From Enterobacterales bacterium (GTDB taxonomy: Bacteria > Pseudomonadota > Gammaproteobacteria > Enterobacterales > GCA-2746155), in the NCBI GenBank assembly GCA_965250035.1, contig OZ252282.1, forward strand, positions 657,395-721,394: 64,000 nt of DNA, read 5' to 3'. Of the stretch, positions 46,821 through 56,674 are shown in pieces. The notes beneath the pieces were generated by a model that was not told the origin of the DNA, ran no database searches, and was given only the letters and a program-made list of their open reading frames with translations. How positions within the stretch are numbered: position 1 is the first letter of the stretch; the number at the start of each line of letters is the position of its first letter. The translations under genes and the position numbers were made by a program.

Positions 46821-47354
46821 TTACTTGTAGGTTCCTCGGATGGGGTAGTTATTATCCGGGTTTCTTATCCATTGTATGCCAGAGACAAACTCAGGCAGGC
46901 TTGGCCGGACAAAAGGATTATTCGAAAGGTCGACTACCTGAATATTCCCTTCCTGATTGATAACAAATAGCCCTGGCTCGGAAAAGTTGTGATCGGTTTC
47001 TTTCTCAGAACGAGGTATGGAAATGTACACACCCAGTGATTGCATTTGTTCCTGTGTTAATCCATAGGCTATCGGGAAGCTCACATTGAGTTTTTCCATG
47101 TGGCTCTCTAATTGTTCTTTGCTATCACCAGATATGGCAATGATATCCACGCCTGCTTCATTTAGCGTTTGTACATGCTGTTCCAGCTCATTGAGATATT
47201 TTGTGCACAACGGACAATGTCTTCCTCTATACACAACGACAAGTTTCCAGTCCTTATCGCCGTTTGGCTGAGAGAGCCGTACATGCTCACCATTTAATAG
47301 CGTGGCGGTAATTTCAGGAAATTTCGCGCCAGCATGTAATTTGTTTGTATACAT
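46821..47354 (-). CDS. AhpC/TSA (redoxin) family thiol peroxidase-like protein
   Basis: VVYRGRHCPLCTKYLNEL. I prefer the start at 47354 (MYTNKLHAG), preceded by AGGAGAAAAG, over the track start at 47429. Confidence 0.75.
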   Translation of the reverse strand: MYTNKLHAGAKFPEITATLLNGEHVRLSQPNGDKDWKLVVVYRGRHCPLCTKYLNELEQHVQTLNEAGVDIIAISGDSKEQLESHMEKLNVSFPIAYGLTQEQMQSLGVYISIPRSEKETDHNFSEPGLFVINQEGNIQVVDLSNNPFVRPSLPEFVSGIQWIRNPDNNYPIRGTYK

Positions 47355-47573
47355 CTTTTCTCCTAAATGATTTGTTACATGATACTCAAAGCGTATCTGT
47401 TCATGTTTGGTCGTGTGTTTTACCATCACGTCTAACCAGGTAAAACTTCTCTAACCTTATACGCCAGTTTTACAAAATGTATTCTAGGTATACTATGGTT
47501 ACCTTCTAATGCATTTCAATTAGTAATTTTTTGAAACCAAAAGCATATAAATTTACACAGGAGATAATCAGAT

Positions 47574-47927
47574 ATGTCATACGTTGATGGATTTGTAGCA
47601 GCCGTGGAGAATGACAATAAAGAAGCATATATAAAACATGCAAAAATCGCAGCGGCAGTATTCAAAGAGTACGGTGCACTAAAGGTCGTTGAATGTTGGG
47701 GTGATGAGGTTCCCGATGGTGAGGTCACCTCATTTCCAATGGCAGTGAAATGTAAAGAAAATGAAACCGTTGTATTTTCCTGGGTCATCTGGCCGGACAA
47801 GAAAGTACGTGAAGATGGTTGGCAAAAAATGATGGAAGACCCCAGAATGGATCCAACTAACGAACCCATGCCCTTTGATGGAAAAAGATTAATTTATGGC
47901 GGTTTCCAAATGATGTTGGAAGAGTAG
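47574..47927 (+). CDS. DUF1428-family protein
   Basis: 117 aa: MSYVDGFVAAVENDNKEAY...FSWVIWPDK...MPFDGKRLIYGGF. Confidence 0.75.
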   Translation: MSYVDGFVAAVENDNKEAYIKHAKIAAAVFKEYGALKVVECWGDEVPDGEVTSFPMAVKCKENETVVFSWVIWPDKKVREDGWQKMMEDPRMDPTNEPMPFDGKRLIYGGFQMMLEE

Positions 47928-47948
47928 TTTGGTTTCGCTAATTGATGC

Positions 47949-48545
47949 ATGAGTATTGATGTGCAGGGACTCAATGATCTGGTACGGGATATTCGAGCCT
48001 GTGAGCTATGTATAGATCATTTACCGTTAGGTGCACGACCTGTCGTTCAGATTAATTCAGAAGCAAAAATTCTGATTGCTGGTCAAGCCCCTGGGCGAAA
48101 AGTTCATGATTCTGGCGTGCCCTTTGACGATGCGAGCGGTGTTAGATTACGCCAATGGCTCGGATTGTCTGAGGGTCAGTTCTACAATGATAAAATCGTG
48201 GCACTATTACCGATGGGGTTCTGCTATCCGGGAACAGGGAAGTCTGGTGATTTACCTCCACGACCCGAATGCGCAGAGGCATGGCGTGACAGTGTGATGA
48301 ACCATCTTGAGCACATAAAACTGACAATACTATTAGGTAAGTACGCGGTTTCGTATCATTTGCCCAATGCGTCGGGAAACCTGACAGAGCTGGTGAAAAA
48401 CTGGCGCATGTACGGCGGTAATGTTTATCCACTACCGCATCCAAGCCCGCGGAACAATATTTGGTTGAAACGTAATCCTTGGTTTGAGTTAGAGGTAATC
48501 CCAGAAATTAGAAAACGCGTCGCAGAGGTTTTGGCCAATCGATAA
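47949..48545 (+). CDS. uracil-DNA glycosylase superfamily protein
   Basis: 198 aa with the motifs GQAPG and HPSPRN. Confidence 0.7.
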   Translation: MSIDVQGLNDLVRDIRACELCIDHLPLGARPVVQINSEAKILIAGQAPGRKVHDSGVPFDDASGVRLRQWLGLSEGQFYNDKIVALLPMGFCYPGTGKSGDLPPRPECAEAWRDSVMNHLEHIKLTILLGKYAVSYHLPNASGNLTELVKNWRMYGGNVYPLPHPSPRNNIWLKRNPWFELEVIPEIRKRVAEVLANR

Positions 48546-48638
48546 GAAAGCAGTGGCATAAGGGTGATTGAAAAAGCAACTAACACCTCTTCATGCTATA
48601 TTGCATGATCAGGTATTGCACGATGGATTTATGTTGAG

Positions 48639-49385
48639 ATGACAATAGAAACGGATGAAGATTTAAAAAAGTTATCAGAAATTGGCAGAATTGTCGCCCT
48701 GACTCTGAAGCATATGATGGCTAAGACAGAACCGGGCATGACGACATCTGAACTGGATCTGATCGGGCAGCAGCAATTAGAAAGCTATGGTGCTCAGTCT
48801 GCTCCGAAAGTGACCTATAATTTTCCGGGCTATACCTGTATCAGCGTCAATGAAGAGGCTGCTCACGGCATTCCGGGAACCCGAGTTATCCAACCGGGGG
48901 ATATGGTCAACATTGATGTATCTGCAGTGAAGGATGGCTATTTTGCGGACACCGGAGGATCATTCGTTGTTCCACCCACAAACTTCATAAAGGATAAGCT
49001 CATAAGATCAACCAGGCTCGCGCTAGCCGAGGCGTGTCAGAGCGCTGTCGCAGGAAGGCCGTTGAACGGTATTGGGAAATCAATCCAAAAAGTTGCAAAG
49101 AAGTCGGGCTTTAGAATTATTAAAAATCTTTGTAGTCACGGTGTTGGGCGAGGTTTGCATGAAGAACCCAAGGAAATACGTGGCTATTATGATCCTAAAG
49201 ATCGGCGTACGCTGCATGAGGGCCTGGTCATCACGATAGAGCCATTCCTTTCAACCAGGAGTCGATTTGTATCTGAGACTGACGATGGTTGGACATTGGT
49301 CGGTCATAAACATAATTTATCGGCGCAATTTGAACACACTATGGTCATCACTAAGGGAAAACCCATGCTACTCACTGTGGCATGA
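48639..49385 (+). CDS. map: type I methionyl aminopeptidase
   Basis: 248 aa with metal-ligand contexts AHGIPG, GDMVNIDVS, GYFADTG, HGVGRGLHEEP and ITIEPF. Confidence 0.9.
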   Translation: MTIETDEDLKKLSEIGRIVALTLKHMMAKTEPGMTTSELDLIGQQQLESYGAQSAPKVTYNFPGYTCISVNEEAAHGIPGTRVIQPGDMVNIDVSAVKDGYFADTGGSFVVPPTNFIKDKLIRSTRLALAEACQSAVAGRPLNGIGKSIQKVAKKSGFRIIKNLCSHGVGRGLHEEPKEIRGYYDPKDRRTLHEGLVITIEPFLSTRSRFVSETDDGWTLVGHKHNLSAQFEHTMVITKGKPMLLTVA

Positions 49386-49436
49386 AGTGAGTCGTAAAGG
49401 ATCATCAATGTCTGCAAATCTACTCACTGAGTTGTT

Positions 49437-50681
49437 ATGGGCTTAACAGGGTATAAATCAGCGGCCTTTGCATTGGGGTCATCCGCATCCTTCAGGTGCG
49501 CCCAATGGATTTTAACAGGGTTGTTGCTGTTCACCACAACGGCCTGTAGTGTCTCCAATTTCTCTCGGGGGCAGTTAATTCCGGCTTCGGATGAACCGAC
49601 TCGCATCGAATTTTCCACTATCGAGCAACTGATTATCATCGAGGCAGAAATCAATGGTGTCACTGGGACATTCCTGTTCGATAATGGCTTTTCTCTGAGT
49701 GCGGTGAATCAATCGTTCGCAAACAGGGCGGGGGTGTCCTTTACATCGTCTGCAAATATTAAGGATGCGAATAACCAGCGAGCACAAACCAGAGAAACCA
49801 CCGTGAGCAAGGTAGTTATTGGCAGTCATCAGTTCATAGATACTGGCTTCTATCTGATCGATACCAAACGATTCCTGCCCTGTCATGAGATTGATGGCAT
49901 TATTGGCGCTTCGATTATTAATAAGGCTAACTGGAAAATTGAATCTGCCAACAAGCAGTTACAAATCGCTTCAAAGCCTTTCCCGCATGTGTATTCGCCG
50001 ATCAGGCTAAGCTACAGTAGTAATAATAGTGCCTTCATTGATCTGACTGTGAAAGGTAATGTAATTACAACCAAACTTGATTTTGGATCGAACTCAGAAC
50101 TCAGGACTCGTCGTTCTTCGGTCGGTAATTCGTTGTCAGGGGAACTCGTCGAGCAATCGCGAGGCATACAGTCTCTCTCAGCGACTGGACCAGGGCAACA
50201 TGAGGACGTTTATTCACTCACTGCAAAAATACCCATCAGTAGTGAAGAAGTCATATTCCCGGCACCTGCGAAACTTCGCTTGCATGAGTCACTCAAGTAT
50301 GAGGGCTATCTAGGAGCCGGTTATTATTCTGATATGACGGTGGTGCTAAATTCGACTCAGGAAGAAATGAGTTTCAAACCTGATACCGAGTCAGGCACCA
50401 GCCGTAGTAACAATTCCTATGGGATGTCATTGTATCCAATCGCCGGGACATGGAAGCTAATACAATTGAATGCAAATGATCCACTCCTCGCGGATGTTGA
50501 GTTGATGCAAACCGTTCACGCGATTGACGATATTGAGATGACAGGAATGGATGTGTGCCAGTACCGTGACTATCTAACGACTAAGCAACAGGCGAATGAG
50601 TCACTTCGTATTAAATTTGAACCCACTGGGCCTGGCATAACCTTGCCTTTGAGGCAACCAGCAGTCATTCCGTTACAATAA
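49437..50681 (+). CDS. putative retropepsin-like aspartyl-protease-domain protein; start uncertain
   Basis: 414 aa. IIIEAEINGVTGTFLFDNGFSLSAV resembles the bacterial retropepsin-like pattern but has DNG instead of DTG/DSG. The N-terminus is hydrophobic. Confidence 0.4.
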   Translation: MGLTGYKSAAFALGSSASFRCAQWILTGLLLFTTTACSVSNFSRGQLIPASDEPTRIEFSTIEQLIIIEAEINGVTGTFLFDNGFSLSAVNQSFANRAGVSFTSSANIKDANNQRAQTRETTVSKVVIGSHQFIDTGFYLIDTKRFLPCHEIDGIIGASIINKANWKIESANKQLQIASKPFPHVYSPIRLSYSSNNSAFIDLTVKGNVITTKLDFGSNSELRTRRSSVGNSLSGELVEQSRGIQSLSATGPGQHEDVYSLTAKIPISSEEVIFPAPAKLRLHESLKYEGYLGAGYYSDMTVVLNSTQEEMSFKPDTESGTSRSNNSYGMSLYPIAGTWKLIQLNANDPLLADVELMQTVHAIDDIEMTGMDVCQYRDYLTTKQQANESLRIKFEPTGPGITLPLRQPAVIPLQ

Positions 50682-50703
50682 GTAATAGCTGAAAGGAACT
50701 CTT

Positions 50704-51393
50704 ATGACCATTGGACTAGTCGTTGTCATCCTGCTCACCTGGTTGCTGTTGAAATATGTTGCTAAAGAACCGCTCTCAATACTCGGTGTCCGCCCGACCA
50801 AACAGCGCCTAGTTGAGTTTACGGTTGCTTTTCTATTCATGGCGACGATTGGTTTTATTAATCATCTGTGGCAAGCACACTGGAAAGAAATTTCCTATGC
50901 ATTAAACCCTGATCATGGTGTGTTAGATTTTTTCGGTGGTACTTTTTGGGTTTTTAAAGCCGTATTGTTTGAGGAGTTATTGTTCAGAGGGGTTCTTCTC
51001 TACCTCTTGATTAAAATTATTGGTCCAATTAAGGCCTGTTTAGTCAGTTCGCTGATCTTCGGTATGTACCACTGGTTCAGTTATGATGTCTTCGGAGCGC
51101 GAGCTATATTGATGGTGTATGTCTTACTGATCACTGGTGCCGGTGGCTGGATGTTCGCTTATGCGTACGCAAAAACAAAATCTCTCTACGCACCGACTGG
51201 TCTCCATATGGGGTGGAATATGGTAACCGCGGTTGTCTTTTCTTCTGGGCCACTTGGACAACAACTACTCTTACAGCAGGGCAAAGCGATACAAACGGGT
51301 GACTGGTATACGCTTACCTTCTTTTCGTTACAGACAATTATTGCGCCTGGCATTGTGACAATATATTTAAGTCGACGCTATCGGTCGTCCTAA
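50704..51393 (+). CDS. CPBP-family intramembrane glutamic endopeptidase
   Basis: FEELLFRG (EExxxR), FGMYHW and HMGWN motifs in a polytopic protein. Confidence 0.85.
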   Translation: MTIGLVVVILLTWLLLKYVAKEPLSILGVRPTKQRLVEFTVAFLFMATIGFINHLWQAHWKEISYALNPDHGVLDFFGGTFWVFKAVLFEELLFRGVLLYLLIKIIGPIKACLVSSLIFGMYHWFSYDVFGARAILMVYVLLITGAGGWMFAYAYAKTKSLYAPTGLHMGWNMVTAVVFSSGPLGQQLLLQQGKAIQTGDWYTLTFFSLQTIIAPGIVTIYLSRRYRSS

Positions 51394-51400
51394 GAAAAAG

Positions 51401-51997
51401 ATGCGATTACCGATACTGAATGGCATGGTGTACAGTCAATTCCTCGATGGCTGGCAGATCAGTTGGGAGTCAGCAGGTCATTATCGCCACTGGTGTTATC
51501 AGGAAAAAGACAGTGGGTGGGAGAACCTAATAGTGGTCATGTTCAATCCCGGGAGTTTGAGTGGTGATGGGGCCAATCTACGACGCGATACCACATTAAG
51601 AATCTTGCGCGAGGTGTGTGGTCCTGCCAGGCTCAACCCTTATATCATTAATCTGTTTGATTATGCCTGTCCCTCGCCACAGCAGTTATTTAACGACTGG
51701 TCGTCTCGGGATGCACATGACACCGTATTCGATCGGTTGGCGCTTGATCAATTTGATTACGTCATCATGGCATATGGTGATTATGAGAATGGAGGCCAGT
51801 ACGAAGACGACATCAAGGAGCGAATCCATCGGGTACGAGAGTCATTGCAAACTCTGGAAGAAATTGACCTACCGAGGAACAAGTCGGGTACCCCGAAACA
51901 TCCACTAATTTGGCAGCGTCAGAAACTCAAACCGGATATCACGCAGAGACTGTCGAGAAAGAGAATTTGTTATAATCAGTCGACTAGTCAGAGCTGA
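51401..51997 (+). CDS. DUF1643-like protein
   Basis: LIVVMFNPGSLSGDG..LRRDTTLRI resembles the mlNPS.A....D.T pattern I recall for DUF1643. Confidence 0.45.
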   Translation: MRLPILNGMVYSQFLDGWQISWESAGHYRHWCYQEKDSGWENLIVVMFNPGSLSGDGANLRRDTTLRILREVCGPARLNPYIINLFDYACPSPQQLFNDWSSRDAHDTVFDRLALDQFDYVIMAYGDYENGGQYEDDIKERIHRVRESLQTLEEIDLPRNKSGTPKHPLIWQRQKLKPDITQRLSRKRICYNQSTSQS

Positions 51998-52007
51998 TGA
52001 TCTAAAG

Positions 52008-54170
52008 GTGCCGATTTTGCGTTTAACAACAGCAGATGTCGGTTTATCTAATTCACGAAGAGTAAATACATTGCTGCGGAAACAAATTTTACGATGGCTC
52101 TTAGTAGCCTCATTCACGATTGCTTCACTCACGCAGGTTCGTGCGAATGAAATTGAGTCTGAGCAGGATGCCCCTGTCGAGACAGAGGAGAATGTCATCG
52201 TCACAATTGCGAGTCGCGATGACCAGGCGTTATCGGACTTACCTATGAGTATCTCGGTGATTAGTGCGAGTGAATTACAGTCAATAAATCACAGCCATAT
52301 CCAAGAGGCTATCAATCGCATTCCTGGCGTCAATTTTCACCGGGGTAATGGCCAGGAATACCTACCAGCAATACGCTCTCAAGTATTTACCGGAGCGGGG
52401 GGCTGCGGTGCATTGTTGATACTTGAGGGTAATATCCCGGTCAGGCCTGCCGGATTTTGCAACATCAATGAGCTGTTTGAGGCGAACACAGAACTGGCCA
52501 GCCAGATAGAGGTAATCCGGGGGCCTGGCACGGTGTATTATGGTTCGAACGCTCTGCATGGTGTCATCAATATCATCACACCGCCTGCCGAGCAGGGAGG
52601 ACGTATCGCACTTGAAGTGGGAGAGAATGACCACTACCGAACAACATTCAAGACTGGCCATGAAAGTGACGACCATCGTGTTGGACTGGCATTTATCGGT
52701 GCCAGTTATGGCGGCTGGCGCGAAGAATCATTCTACGATCAGCAAAAGCTGGCACTACGTCATGAGTACAGTGGGGATGGATTTTCAATCAGAAGCGGCC
52801 TCAGTACTACCAATCTGAATCAGGAAACCTCGGGCTATGTGACCGGTGAGGATTCCTATAGGGATTTATCCATCAGTCGGATGAATCAGGATCCGGAGGG
52901 CTATCGCGATGTTCAATCACTCAGGTTATGGTCGAGGATTGCGATTGATCATAATGTCGACAGCCGGTTGATTATCACACCCTATCTACGTTCGTCAGAC
53001 ATGAATTTCATGATGCACTTTTTGCCAGGCGATCCCGTCGAAGAAAATGGTCAGACAAGTTTTGGCATACAGTCAAACTATGAAACCTACTTCAATGAGA
53101 GTCTCAGGCTGAGGACAGGGTTCGATATCGAATACGCAGATACTTTCTTGCGACAGACTCAGCAGAACCCAACGCCTGGTTCGGCATTTTTGCAAGCGAC
53201 AATCCCTGCGGGCAAGCAATACGATTATGAAGTCGATTCACGACTGATAAGTGGGTTTGCCGATCTGCATAAAGAATATAGCCGTCGCTTTTCAGTAGGT
53301 GCCGGTCTGCGTTTCGAACAGTTGGAATACGATTATACAAACCTGATGAATAGCGGGCGTCTCACAGAAGATGGGCAGACCTGTGGCTTCGGAGGTTGTC
53401 GATACAGCCGCCCAGAAAGCGCTGTTGATACCTTCGACAACTGGTCTATCGACCTCAATATGAACTATCTTGCCACGTCAGACACTGCGCTCTTCAGTCG
53501 CTTAAGCAGGGCATTTCGCGCACCGCAAGCTACTGAGTTATATCGCCTGCAGAGAGCACAAACCATTGCTGATCTCGACTCTGAGAGTGTGACAGCGTTT
53601 GAAGTTGGTTATCAAGCCCGACAGGATGTTTTACGATATCAGGTATCCCTTTACTGGATGACGAAGAAAAACTTTATCTTCCGTGATGCCGACTTCTTCA
53701 ATGTCAGCGATGGAGAGACCAGCCATCATGGGATTGAATTGGCGTTGAATTATAGCCTGGGTGAGAACTGGTATTTTGGCCTGAGTAGTAGTTATGCCAG
53801 GCACCGATATGCCTATGACTCGATTCAGAATGGCATCAATATTAACGGCAAAGATATCGATAGTGCGCCTCGCCTAACGGCTAATAGCCGGTTGGGTTGG
53901 CAAAATAATGCGACCAGGATAGAGTTTGAATGGATTCATGCCGATGACTACTATCTTGAACCGACGAATCAGTTCTCCTATGCTGGTCATGATCTAGTTC
54001 ATCTTGTCGCGAGCCATCAACTCAGTAACTCGCTTGAATTAAAGGCCAGAGTGCATAATCTCCTCGACAAACGCTATGCCGAGCGCGCCGACTATACCTC
54101 ATTCACAGCCTATCGCTACTTCCCGGGTACGCCTCGACAGATATCGTTGATCCTGAGTTATATGTGGTAA
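52008..54170 (+). CDS. TonB-dependent outer-membrane receptor
   Basis: 720 aa. Signal ...ASLTQVRA. Plug region (IEVIRGPGTVYYGSNALHGVINI). The beta-barrel ends with the aromatic ...LILSYMW. The start codon is uncertain. Confidence 0.9.
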   Translation: MPILRLTTADVGLSNSRRVNTLLRKQILRWLLVASFTIASLTQVRANEIESEQDAPVETEENVIVTIASRDDQALSDLPMSISVISASELQSINHSHIQEAINRIPGVNFHRGNGQEYLPAIRSQVFTGAGGCGALLILEGNIPVRPAGFCNINELFEANTELASQIEVIRGPGTVYYGSNALHGVINIITPPAEQGGRIALEVGENDHYRTTFKTGHESDDHRVGLAFIGASYGGWREESFYDQQKLALRHEYSGDGFSIRSGLSTTNLNQETSGYVTGEDSYRDLSISRMNQDPEGYRDVQSLRLWSRIAIDHNVDSRLIITPYLRSSDMNFMMHFLPGDPVEENGQTSFGIQSNYETYFNESLRLRTGFDIEYADTFLRQTQQNPTPGSAFLQATIPAGKQYDYEVDSRLISGFADLHKEYSRRFSVGAGLRFEQLEYDYTNLMNSGRLTEDGQTCGFGGCRYSRPESAVDTFDNWSIDLNMNYLATSDTALFSRLSRAFRAPQATELYRLQRAQTIADLDSESVTAFEVGYQARQDVLRYQVSLYWMTKKNFIFRDADFFNVSDGETSHHGIELALNYSLGENWYFGLSSSYARHRYAYDSIQNGININGKDIDSAPRLTANSRLGWQNNATRIEFEWIHADDYYLEPTNQFSYAGHDLVHLVASHQLSNSLELKARVHNLLDKRYAERADYTSFTAYRYFPGTPRQISLILSYMW

Positions 54171-54285
54171 TAGATCCGAGTCTATGCGCCTTCACATGGG
54201 CAATTTTAGATAAAACGGACTTCCCCTGCGTCGGACACCACAGCGGTAGGTGTCACTGAATGACAGGCTCGACTATCATCTTAGT

Positions 54286-56118
54286 ATGAAAATATTCCGA
54301 CTGCTCCCACTAAGCCTCTGTCTGGCGCTGTTGTCAGGTTGTTCTGTTTTACCCTGGTCCGACCGGCCATCTCATAATGCGAGTGGTATAATTTGCCAGT
54401 GGGGAACCTCGCAGTTTGATTTGTGTGAGTATGACACCGAAGCGGAAATGATTGAGGCCTTACTCAATGAGATGACGCTCGATGAAAAATTGGGTCAGAT
54501 GACCCAGTCAGTTTGGCACAATAGTGTGACGCCGGACATTATCCGAGAAAAGTTAATCGGGTCGATCATCCATACCGAAGGACCAGTTCCCGGAAGCCAG
54601 GTATCCGATTGGACGGCAACATTCGATGCCTTCCAGGCACAGGCTCTGAACACCCGACTGGGGATCCCACTGCTCAAGGGCGTTGATGCGGTGCATGGGC
54701 AGAATACATTCGAAGGATCGGTGATATTTCCCCATAACATTGGAATGGGGGCAACACGAAATTTTGACTTAATCCAAAGGGCAGCCGAGATAACAGCATT
54801 AGAGACTGCCGCGACTGGATTCAACTGGACGTTCTCTCCCTGTATTGCCATGCCGGAACATGAGCATTGGGGCAGGGTCTACGAGGGCTTTTCGGAGGAC
54901 AGGGATCTAACTATCGCCGCGGTCACAGCATCAGTGAAGGGACACCAGGGCGAGTCACTAGCGCACAGCCGTACGGTCGCGGCGACTGCGAAGCATTATC
55001 TCGGAGATGGCGCGACAGAAGGCGGTCGGGAAGGGGGGAACTCAGTCCTTAGTGAGCAGATCATCCGCGAGCGTCATCTGCCAACCTATCAGGCGGCTGT
55101 TGATCAGGGGATCGCCAGTATCATGGTCGGTTTTAACTCAGTTAATGGCATTAATATGCATCAGCATACGGAATTGGTGCAGGGTGTGCTAAAGGACGAG
55201 ATGGGATTTAATGGCGTGGTTATGACGGACTGGTTGGGTGGCACTCGCTATGGACCGCCACACAGTGTGATTAATGCTGGGGTGGATGTGTTCATGCAAC
55301 CTGGAAATCACGATGAATTCATCAGTAAAGCGAAGGCTTCAGTTGAAGACGGCACCATCGCCATGAGTCGTATTGATGATGCCGTACGACGCATATTGCA
55401 AATGAAATTCAATCTGGGACTCTTTAAACAGCCCTTCAGCGATAGGTCTCTTGCCGACAGGGTTGGTTCAACAGTTCACCGACAGGTTGCTCGCCAGGCG
55501 GTACGAGAGTCGTTGGTACTGTTAAAAACATCACCCGATCTTTTACCACTCGATACCGAAGAGACAATCGCCGTGGTTGGTGAGCATGCAGATAATACTG
55601 GCTTGCAAAGCGGAGGCTGGTCTATCCATTGGCAAGGTCAGACGCATAGTTATACCGGCGCTACGAGTATTCTCGATGGCATTCAGACACTGACCAATCA
55701 GGTAGAGTATTCAGCGACTGGTTGTCATGCCGACATGGAGTCTAGCAAGGTTGTTGTCGTCGTGGGAGAGTTACCCTATGCCGAATTCAAGGGGGACAGT
55801 ACAAATCTCGATATCCCCGTTCAACAGAAAGCCATGATTAAGCAATGTAAGGATTTAGACAAACAGATTATCCTGATCCTTATTTCCGGACGTCCCATGA
55901 CCATCACCGACTCGATTGAGGCGAGCGACGCCTTCATTGCCGCCTGGTTACCTGGTTCAGAGGGAGCAGGGGTAGCCGATTTTCTCTATGGCACAGACGG
56001 CTTCAAGCCTGTCGGTAAGTTACCTTTCAGCTGGCCGCGACAATACAGTGATTTACCGTTAGCTCCGGATGCCAATGAGGCACTCTATCCGTTCGGCTTC
56101 GGCTTGACCGCTTATTAA
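54286..56118 (+). CDS. glycoside hydrolase family 3 beta-glucosidase-like lipoprotein
   Basis: GFNGVVMTDW nucleophile motif. I prefer the ATG at 54286, which gives MKIFRLLPLSLCLALLSGC with a lipobox. The track start is 54250. Confidence 0.9.
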   Translation: MKIFRLLPLSLCLALLSGCSVLPWSDRPSHNASGIICQWGTSQFDLCEYDTEAEMIEALLNEMTLDEKLGQMTQSVWHNSVTPDIIREKLIGSIIHTEGPVPGSQVSDWTATFDAFQAQALNTRLGIPLLKGVDAVHGQNTFEGSVIFPHNIGMGATRNFDLIQRAAEITALETAATGFNWTFSPCIAMPEHEHWGRVYEGFSEDRDLTIAAVTASVKGHQGESLAHSRTVAATAKHYLGDGATEGGREGGNSVLSEQIIRERHLPTYQAAVDQGIASIMVGFNSVNGINMHQHTELVQGVLKDEMGFNGVVMTDWLGGTRYGPPHSVINAGVDVFMQPGNHDEFISKAKASVEDGTIAMSRIDDAVRRILQMKFNLGLFKQPFSDRSLADRVGSTVHRQVARQAVRESLVLLKTSPDLLPLDTEETIAVVGEHADNTGLQSGGWSIHWQGQTHSYTGATSILDGIQTLTNQVEYSATGCHADMESSKVVVVVGELPYAEFKGDSTNLDIPVQQKAMIKQCKDLDKQIILILISGRPMTITDSIEASDAFIAAWLPGSEGAGVADFLYGTDGFKPVGKLPFSWPRQYSDLPLAPDANEALYPFGFGLTAY

Positions 56119-56139
56119 ATAAAAATCGATAAATATATT

Positions 56140-56160
56140 GCAAATGAGAATCATTATCAT
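56140..56160. promoter_or_regulatory. Fur-box-like site
   Basis: AAATGAGAATCATTATC (56142-56158) matches 15 of 17 positions of the consensus core TAATGATAATCATTATC. It lies about 40 nt upstream of the 56200 ORF. Confidence 0.55.
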
Positions 56161-56199
56161 TTAATATATTCCTTGTCCCATCCAGATAAGGAATAAAGC

Positions 56200-56670
56200 A
56201 TGAAGCTACAATTTATTTGCACTCCCTTCTTACATCGAATAGCAGAGAATGAGCATCTCACCAGAACCTGTTGGGAAAAGGGGTTCGATACTGGGCTGTA
56301 TTATTTCGAGAAGATGATGTGGGACGAGGCATTGCCTTACCTGGGGCAGGCTTACGAGGCTGCGCTACTGCTATTCGATAATCCCCGTGTTGATGACAAT
56401 CAATCCGGGGAATGGCTAACAGCGTCCGCTTTGTCACTTATATCAACGCTCGCTAATCTAGATCTGCATGAGCATATCGCGACGATTCATGCAGAAACGA
56501 CTAAACGGTTGCAAAAATTACAGCAGACAGGTGCTGACGGCGGCTTCTGGCGGCAGAAATTTGATGAGCAGATAGCGGTCCATTCATTGCATCCGGATTC
56601 CCTGGATCAATTTGCCGGTATGCAAATCGTTGACCGCAAAATATATCCGCAAGGTGCTACTTTACACTAG
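56200..56670 (+). CDS. hypothetical protein (156 aa), possibly iron-regulated
   Basis: ORF with SD AAGGAA. No recognised motif. Confidence 0.5.
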   Translation: MKLQFICTPFLHRIAENEHLTRTCWEKGFDTGLYYFEKMMWDEALPYLGQAYEAALLLFDNPRVDDNQSGEWLTASALSLISTLANLDLHEHIATIHAETTKRLQKLQQTGADGGFWRQKFDEQIAVHSLHPDSLDQFAGMQIVDRKIYPQGATLH

Positions 56671-56674
56671 CCTA

